Positions 26,528 through 32,000 of a DNA stretch of 32,000 nucleotides are shown here, in pieces; within the stretch, counting starts at the first letter, position 1, and every line of letters starts with the position of its first letter. Made by a program: the position numbers and the translations under genes. Under the pieces are notes generated by a model, which was not told the origin of the DNA, did not search any database, and saw only the letters and a list, made by a program, of their open reading frames with translations. The stretch spans positions 49,885-81,884 of the forward strand of contig JBHLRO010000018.1 in the NCBI GenBank assembly GCA_048882505.1. Reading direction: 5' to 3'. This DNA is from Candidatus Thorarchaeota archaeon. GTDB lineage: Archaea > Asgardarchaeota > Heimdallarchaeia > Hodarchaeales > Hodarchaeaceae.

Positions 26528-26779
26528 CTATGTTACTGAGCTCCCAATTAAAGTTTTCCCATCAATAGTGGTCTCTATGTTAACGTCAATAAGGGGCAAC
26601 CGAGACAAGTGCGCTAAGTGATCACTAGATGGTGGGATCTTATCAAATACCCGACAATGATAGGTAATATCCTTAACCCATCTGTTGCCTAGTTCACCGA
26701 AGGTCTTAAAGTTTACAGATGTCGCAATGGGATTGAGATGACCGGAGATTGTCCTGTAACGAAACTTATAAGCGTTCAT
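26528..26779 (-). CDS. Possible small hypothetical protein
   Basis: 83-aa ATG ORF filling an otherwise empty 450-nt gap, co-directional with the membrane-protein gene. No firm family. Confidence 0.3.
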   Translation of the reverse strand: MNAYKFRYRTISGHLNPIATSVNFKTFGELGNRWVKDITYHCRVFDKIPPSSDHLAHLSRLPLIDVNIETTIDGKTLIGSSVT

Positions 26780-26844
26780 GAACTTAAACCTATTGCCTTA
26801 AACAACCGAAATCTAAGACCTAAAGGATTGGTTTGTGCCATCCA

Positions 26845-26852
26845 TTATAAAC
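26845..26852 (+). promoter_or_regulatory. TATA box of tRNA-Ser
   Basis: TTATAAAC about 40-45 nt upstream of tRNA G1. Confidence 0.45.
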
Positions 26853-26890
26853 CAAAGAAAAAAGATGTAAAATCTAGCCTTACGCCTATT

Positions 26891-27005
26891 GCCGAGATAT
26901 TCTAGCCCGGTAGGAAGCATGCCTGGAAAGCATGTGTGCTTTGCACTCGTGGGTTCAAAAGCGGAGAAACATTTGGTTCTGTTGCTGGATTTCCCACTCT
27001 CGGCG
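26891..27005 (+). tRNA. tRNA-Ser(GGA), non-canonical 32-nt intron at 59/60 (26960-26991), no encoded CCA
   Basis: Acceptor GCCGAGA/TCTCGGC with G73, anticodon stem CATGC/GCATG with CT-GGA-AA, variable arm GTGC/GCAC, GTGGG-TTCAAA^T-CCCAC. BHB helix TTCA/TGGA. Lies upstream of rps13, a common archaeal arrangement. Confidence 0.93.
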
Positions 27006-27224
27006 TTTATCCCCATCCTAGATTGCATAACTAGTTAATCTTTGATAGTTAGCATGGCTGAGATGGAGGGCGTTGTTTCGGTCAAATATGGAATTATTGC
27101 AAAGATATTGGGATCCCTCGAGATGATCGATTAAAGAAGGAGAGAGTTTTTTGGTACGAGGATTTTTACCCCATCTTTCATGGTTCGATATTCTCCGAAA
27201 CACGCTAGCCCTAAGAAATGAAAG

Positions 27225-27231
27225 TATAAAA
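27225..27231 (+). promoter_or_regulatory. BRE/TATA of rps13-rps4-rps11
   Basis: GAAATGAAAG-TATAAAA about 95 nt upstream of the rps13 start. Confidence 0.45.
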
Positions 27232-27324
27232 GAATCACATAATTCCCCTCTAGGTAAGAGGAAAATTCGCTGTCCAGCCCTATCAAGGCATAACCTTAAC
27301 AATTGAATAATAGGATGAAAGAAC

Positions 27325-27783
27325 TTGGAGTATAACCATCAACTTCGGATTGTGGGTACTGATTGCCCAGGCGATTGGTTGGTTAGCCGAGCCTTAACAA
27401 AAATAAGAGGCGTCGGTTATCGATTAGCAACCCAAATTTGTGAAAAGGCCGAAATAGATCCAGACATGCGTTGTGGATTCCTCACTGATGATGAGGTTCA
27501 ATTAATAGAGGATATTTTGGCTTCAATTGAACAATGGGGCGTTCCAGTTTGGATGCTCAATCGCCAAAAGGATCTTGTGACTGGTGAGGATTTACATTTA
27601 GTAGGTACTGATTTAATAGATTCCCTTCGAATTGATGTTGAACGAGAAAAGAAAACACGGTCTTGGCGCGGAATACGGCATTATTTAGGGCTACCTGTGC
27701 GAGGTCAGCGGACCAAAACTTCAGGCCGGAAAGGCGCTACTATTGGAGTCACTCGAAAGAAAAGAATGCAACAGGAGCGGTGA
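27325..27783 (+). CDS. rps13: 30S ribosomal protein uS13
   Basis: RIVGTD, ALTKIRGVG, W.LNRQKD..TGED.H, SWRGIRH..GLPVRGQRTKT. TTG start. Confidence 0.97.
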   Translation: MEYNHQLRIVGTDCPGDWLVSRALTKIRGVGYRLATQICEKAEIDPDMRCGFLTDDEVQLIEDILASIEQWGVPVWMLNRQKDLVTGEDLHLVGTDLIDSLRIDVEREKKTRSWRGIRHYLGLPVRGQRTKTSGRKGATIGVTRKKRMQQER

Positions 27784-27790
27784 TGAAAAG

Positions 27791-28330
27791 TTGGGTGATC
27801 CTAGAAGATTACGAAAAAAGTACGTTGGGCCGCGCCATCCATTTAGTAAAATCAGATTTGAGGAAGAGATTAAATATATGGGGGTCTATGGTCTTCGTAA
27901 CAAGAAAGAGATATGGAAGGCCCAAACAACACTACGTAAATACAGATCTCGTGGCCGAAAATCTCTTGCCTTACCCGAACAACAGCGTGAAAAAGAAAGA
28001 GAAATTCTCGTTCAAAAGCTGTATAAATTGGGTGTTATGCCTGTAGAGGATGGGCTAATAGATGAGGTTCTTTCTTTGTCCGTGGAACGCATTTTGGAAC
28101 GTAGATTGCAGTCCATTGTACATGAACTAGGTCTTGCCAAAACACCTTGGATGTCTCGGCAACTTATTGTACATGGTCATATTGCCATCGGAGACAGGAA
28201 AGTTACTTCCCCGAGTTACCATGTTAAACGCGGGGAAGAAGAACTGATTGCATATTCGCCAGACTCACCTTTCAATAACCCTTCTCATCCTGCCCTTACC
28301 CTGCCGACATCAGAGGGAAGATCTGGATAA
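27791..28330 (+). CDS. rps4: 30S ribosomal protein uS4
   Basis: GDPRR.RKKY..P.HP, YGLRNKKEIW, ILERRLQ and RQLIVHGHI. The conserved MGDP N-terminus puts the start at TTG 27791, after GGTGA. Confidence 0.97.
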   Translation: MGDPRRLRKKYVGPRHPFSKIRFEEEIKYMGVYGLRNKKEIWKAQTTLRKYRSRGRKSLALPEQQREKEREILVQKLYKLGVMPVEDGLIDEVLSLSVERILERRLQSIVHELGLAKTPWMSRQLIVHGHIAIGDRKVTSPSYHVKRGEEELIAYSPDSPFNNPSHPALTLPTSEGRSG

Positions 28331-28358
28331 GCGATTATGACCCTGGAGGCTAAAAATT

Positions 28359-28760
28359 ATGTCTAAAAATATAAAAGGGCCAGTTCAAGCCATTGCCCAT
28401 ATACTGAGTTCTTATAACAATACCATAATCACCCTTACTGATATGACTGGCGCAGAAACCATAGCCAAATCCTCAGGAGGACAAGTCGTTCGAGCAGACA
28501 GAAATCAATCATCTCCTTATGCTGCTATGAAAGTTGGGCACACTATTGCCCGTGTTGCGAAGGAAAAGGGAATCCAACAGATTGTGGTTAAAGTACGGGC
28601 TCCTGGGGGTTCTGGTGCCCGAAATCCTGGTCCCGGGGCTCAAGCTGCAATTAGAGCCCTAGCACGCTCAGGGTTACATATTACTCGCATCGAAGAAGTT
28701 ACACCCATCCCCCACGATAGTACCCGCCAGCGGGGCGGGCGTCGCGGTCGAAGAGTTTAA
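28359..28760 (+). CDS. rps11: 30S ribosomal protein uS11
   Basis: [39 protein letters not shown] and [17 protein letters not shown]. Confidence 0.98.
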   Translation: MSKNIKGPVQAIAHILSSYNNTIITLTDMTGAETIAKSSGGQVVRADRNQSSPYAAMKVGHTIARVAKEKGIQQIVVKVRAPGGSGARNPGPGAQAAIRALARSGLHITRIEEVTPIPHDSTRQRGGRRGRRV

Positions 28761-28791
28761 TTTCAAACATATCCCCGTTAGATAATAGGAT

Positions 28792-29793
28792 TTAAAGAAC
28801 TATGTTCCGGGCTCGCCCCCATAATGATGGATAACTATAAGGCGGCATAAAAACGGTTCGAGGGCGAGCACAGATGCCAGTTACCCCGTTTAAGATTTCT
28901 GTAGTGCTCATCGTGCTTTGAGCAAAAGCAACCAACTCCTCTTTCATAGTTAGTATGGCAATCATAGTTTCGTTCGAAATTCCATTTGTTACACGGACTA
29001 CGCCAGGAAGCGTCAACGCTGCGCCATGACAAATGGCATCAACCGCGGAATCGCGAATAAAGAGTTTGGGTAGGTTGGAACAGAGAATTTCAACCGGTTG
29101 TACAAATTTACGGATTAAGGTTTCATCGCCTTCCACTTTATAATAATACCAAGCATCTCGGAGGTCGTCTAATGTGACGCATGTCTTTTCTGTAAACATA
29201 CCTGTCTGTGTTCGTCGAAGCTCAGCCATATGAGCTCCAGTACCAAGAACCAGACCAATATCATAGCATAGCTTGCGGATATAGGTACCTGCCTCACATT
29301 TCACACGAAGTAACCATAGCTGGTTTGAGGAATCATTTTCGATAAAATCTAGTTCATAAATCTGTCTAACACGCAATCTTCGTTTAACATTGCTCCTTAA
29401 CGGAGGGGTTTGATATATCTTACCCCTGAAATCATCCAAAACGGTAGCTAGTTGGATTTTTGAAATCGGTTCATGAGTTTTCAAAATGCAAATGTATTCT
29501 TTACCTGAAAGCAGTAAAACGTGGAGAGCTCGCGTTGCACGTTCTAGAGCTACAGGTAAGCATCCAGTGACTGAGGGATCTAGAGTACCTCCATGTCCCG
29601 CCTTTTTTAGACCAAAAATCTGCTTTACCCATGCAGTTACTTCATGAGAGGTTGGGTTAGCCGGTTTGTCGATATTTATAATTCCTAAATCTAAAAGCTC
29701 GGAAATCGACCTTTCCTGGGGCGTTGTTCCAAATGATGGGTTTGTTTTATACTCCTTTATCTTCTCATATAGAACCAGAGAATGTGGATCCAT
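28792..29793 (-). CDS. cbf5: H/ACA pseudouridine synthase Cbf5 (TruB family, PUA domain)
   Basis: INIDKP.NPTSHEV..W, GHGGTLDP, YQTPP..S.VKR.LR.R, CEAGTYIRKLC..IG and the PUA 'RDSAVDAICHGA'. Confidence 0.97.
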   Translation of the reverse strand: MDPHSLVLYEKIKEYKTNPSFGTTPQERSISELLDLGIINIDKPANPTSHEVTAWVKQIFGLKKAGHGGTLDPSVTGCLPVALERATRALHVLLLSGKEYICILKTHEPISKIQLATVLDDFRGKIYQTPPLRSNVKRRLRVRQIYELDFIENDSSNQLWLLRVKCEAGTYIRKLCYDIGLVLGTGAHMAELRRTQTGMFTEKTCVTLDDLRDAWYYYKVEGDETLIRKFVQPVEILCSNLPKLFIRDSAVDAICHGAALTLPGVVRVTNGISNETMIAILTMKEELVAFAQSTMSTTEILNGVTGICARPRTVFMPPYSYPSLWGRARNIVL

Positions 29794-29956
29794 TATCCAT
29801 ACCGTAATTTGGCTTATAACCGGGTGGCCGTAAATAATTACGCAAGACCGGTATCGCGTGAGAGGAATTAAGAACGAAAGAAAACAGTTTCCGTTTTCTA
29901 GAATAAAAACAATAAAACAGAGTTATATTGTGTGTACGGGAGAAAATGGCCTTTAT

Positions 29957-30232
29957 TCAGGCTAACGAAAGTGGCTGTTTGATTTCATCTGTAATGTTCG
30001 CTTTTTCGATCGCTGTTCCGATTTCCTCGTCTTTTGCTCCCCTTTTTATCTTAACCACTATGTCTAGGGGCCGTAAATGCTTGATATTACACCTTCGCCT
30101 TTTAACTGTCGAAACCCCACCGCCAGAAATCAGAACAAAATTCTTGTCGACCAGGTCGACGATTACACCTTTTTGTAAAGCTTCACGGCCAGCAGTTTTG
30201 ACTACGACTCTACCAACTTCAATTGCAGCCAT
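29957..30232 (-). CDS. rpl14e: 50S ribosomal protein eL14
   Basis: IEVGRVVVK.AGREA..K.VIVD.VDKNFVLI.G and VKRRRCNIKHL. Confidence 0.96.
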   Translation of the reverse strand: MAAIEVGRVVVKTAGREALQKGVIVDLVDKNFVLISGGGVSTVKRRRCNIKHLRPLDIVVKIKRGAKDEEIGTAIEKANITDEIKQPLSLA

Positions 30233-30448
30233 TATCTTTACCTTCGGTAAATTATATTTCCAGATTGGGGTTTTCCGATGCAGAAACAGTTGAAATATGC
30301 CGCATCGACGGCGGAATGTTTACTTATTCTGCATACGTCCGGTATTTCCCTGATTCGACCTTGGTTTTTAAGGTCTTTTTTTTTTTAGATCAAAAAAAGT
30401 TCATATTCCTAATGCAAATTCCCGTATTAAAAATCCTCTGAGAGACGG

Positions 30449-30456
30449 TATATAAA
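30449..30456 (+). promoter_or_regulatory. TATA box of tRNA-Thr
   Basis: TATATAAA starting 35 nt upstream of tRNA G1. Confidence 0.6.
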
Positions 30457-30483
30457 ATTACTTACACTACCCAGCCATTGCAG

Positions 30484-30578
30484 GCCGCTGTGGCTTAGCT
30501 GGTAGAGCGACAGATTCGTATGGTTCTACTCAAATCCGAAAGATCTGTTGGTCGGGGGTTCAAGTCCCCCCAGCGGCT
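30484..30578 (+). tRNA. tRNA-Thr(CGT), 22-nt intron at 37/38 (30521-30542), no encoded CCA
   Basis: Acceptor GCCGCTG/CAGCGGC with U73, anticodon stem ACAGA/TCTGT with TT-CGT-A^A, perfect BHB helix TTCG/CGAA. T-rich tract follows. Confidence 0.96.
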
Positions 30579-30604
30579 TTCCATTTTTTTCGGGCAAGAG
30601 ATAC

Positions 30605-31453
30605 CTATTTCACCCAACTTGACTTCAGAAAATCGTGATATGTTTGGATATGTACTGGGATGAAGTTATCGAGCATATATGTCATTTTTTTTACGCTAAA
30701 ACGGTAATCTTGCCATACACCCTGTTTTTTTTCTAGAGTCGGTAGAATCGATTCAAACTTCAAAAAATACTCTTTCAATCGCTCTTTCCATACTCCACGA
30801 CCCCTTCTATCAAGTCTATAGATAATTGGGGTTGGTATTTCGTGGATATGAAGTTTGGCATGGGATGCATAATTCCAGTAGACTAGGGGAAATGTATAGC
30901 CCTCTGCATCATCAAGCCTTGCTGGAATCTTCGTGGTACGATAACCCTTAAGACCACAAAAAGCATCTGTAATCTGGAGGTCTAAGCATCGATTTATCGC
31001 ACGTGTGAGAAACATATTGGTAAGATATCTATCAATAGGGACTGGAGTATTTCGGTCCCAGAAGCGATAGGATAAATACCGACTAGTTGATACTACGTCG
31101 ATATCAGACTGAATTTCCATAATCTGAAGAATTTCCTTTATGGTAATCGGCGCGTGTTGTAGATCTGCATCAAATGTAACTAGGATATCAGATTTGTCTC
31201 TGGCATGTTCAAAAAGCGTGAGAATGGTTGCACCGTAGCCTCGGTTGATAGCGGTTCGGATGTAACTGAACGGAAACTTGCGGGCCAACCTCTCATAGAC
31301 ACCTTGTGATCCATCGGTACTGGCATCGTCTACCAAACAAATTTGAATGTCATAATCTTGGCATTCCTTTTCAAGAAATGCGTATAGGGAACTTACACAT
31401 TCTGAAAGGTATGATTCCTCGTTCCAGATGGGTATCCCAATGATTATTTTCAT
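30605..31453 (-). CDS. Soluble family 2 glycosyltransferase (polyprenol-phosphate glycosyltransferase-like)
   Basis: IGIPIWNEE, LVDDASTDGS, NRGYGA, TFDADLQH, STSRY and TDAFCGLKGY. Confidence 0.9.
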   Translation of the reverse strand: MKIIIGIPIWNEESYLSECVSSLYAFLEKECQDYDIQICLVDDASTDGSQGVYERLARKFPFSYIRTAINRGYGATILTLFEHARDKSDILVTFDADLQHAPITIKEILQIMEIQSDIDVVSTSRYLSYRFWDRNTPVPIDRYLTNMFLTRAINRCLDLQITDAFCGLKGYRTTKIPARLDDAEGYTFPLVYWNYASHAKLHIHEIPTPIIYRLDRRGRGVWKERLKEYFLKFESILPTLEKKQGVWQDYRFSVKKMTYMLDNFIPVHIQTYHDFLKSSWVK

Positions 31454-31590
31454 CTCGTTTTCCAATTTTGAGAGAAGTCCCAGGGCAGGACAAGTAACCT
31501 TTTGAGATATACTACTTAAAACCCTCGGATTCTTTTTAAGAAGCTTCTTAAAGTTCTCGATTCAAGATTACAGATGAGGTCATCTTATTG

Positions 31591-32000
31591 ATGGACGAGG
31601 ATCCCGTTCTTGCTAATCTTCTAAAAAAAAGGGCGTTATCTATGAAAAAAAATGCAGAGACATTTGCGAATCTTGATCTTAATAGAGTTAATGACGTCAC
31701 TGACGCGGATATTGACGAATACATACGTACTTCTTCCTTACCGGTTCTAGTAGACTTTTCAGCTGACGCCTGGTGTCGGCCTTGCCAGGTAATGAATCCC
31801 ATCCTTGAAGAGTTGTCTCATGAGTTTGCTAACCGAGTTTTGTTCTTAAAGTTGAACACAGATCACAACCCTGTTGCATCTAGTAAATATCGGATATTTT
31901 CGGTTCCTACATTCATGGTTTTCAACGCGGGAAACCGAATCGCCCAACGAGTAGGGGCTTCACCAAAATCAAAATTCAAGGCCTGGATAGAGGAGGTTGT
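31591..32000 (+). CDS. trxA: Thioredoxin with N-terminal helical extension (3' truncated by window; absent from the ORF track)
   Basis: My translation: MDEDPVLANLLKKR...PVLVDFSADAWCRPCQVMNPILEEL...KLNTD...SVPTFMVF...RVGA. Contains WCxPC and the cis-Pro motif. Confidence 0.93.
   Translation, partial: MDEDPVLANLLKKRALSMKKNAETFANLDLNRVNDVTDADIDEYIRTSSLPVLVDFSADAWCRPCQVMNPILEELSHEFANRVLFLKLNTDHNPVASSKYRIFSVPTFMVFNAGNRIAQRVGASPKSKFKAWIEEV

Noticed and set aside
26618-26905. Plus-strand frame interrupted by one TAG at 26690 (possible pyrrolysine read-through or pseudogene)
   Set aside because: Neither half resembles a protein family, the 3' part runs into the tRNA-Ser promoter and gene, and no pyl genes are in the window.
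26813-27302. 71-aa and 94-aa minus-strand ORFs
   Set aside because: One overlaps tRNA-Ser(GGA) antisense and the other covers the rps13 promoter, so both are spurious.
31548-31802. 84-aa minus-strand ORF
   Set aside because: It is the antisense shadow of the plus-strand thioredoxin.
1-32000. CRISPR arrays, rRNA, SRP/RNase P RNA, transposases or integrases
   Set aside because: No regularly spaced repeats, no long GC-rich structured RNA, and no transposase/integrase motifs or duplicated tRNA 3' ends were seen.

Overview
Core housekeeping region of an archaeal chromosome. SmAP3 next to an Rpo8/RpoG-like gene, T-loop tRNA introns, Sec61beta and an AN1 finger point to TACK/Asgard; an Asgard assignment is my inference, not proven. 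Translation: rpl3-rpl4-rpl23-rpl2, rps13-rps4-rps11, rpl14e. Transcription: head-to-head tfb/tbp, tfs, rpo8-like. RNA processing: nop5-flpA, cbf5, SmAP3, SPOUT methyltransferase, and an EndA paralog lacking the catalytic His. Also present: PINA ATPase, uppS, nnr, two GT2 enzymes, an archaeosortase-family protein, an RHH/site-2 protease/AN1 operon, and a truncated thioredoxin. I found four tRNA genes by hand and all four carry introns. Leu(CAA) and Thr(CGT) have 37/38 introns. Leu(GAG) and Ser(GGA) have non-canonical 32-nt introns at 59/60. The best leads are (1) the T-loop introns plus His-less endonuclease subunit plus atypical Y10:R25 D-stems, (2) a repeat-built polytopic membrane protein with a Pro-rich linker and a terminal amphipathic helix, (3) a triple winged-helix protein, and (4) mirror-image double-TATA promoters driving tfb and tbp. 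I saw no CRISPR array, rRNA or mobile element. All protein assignments rest on motif recognition by eye; no database search was run.
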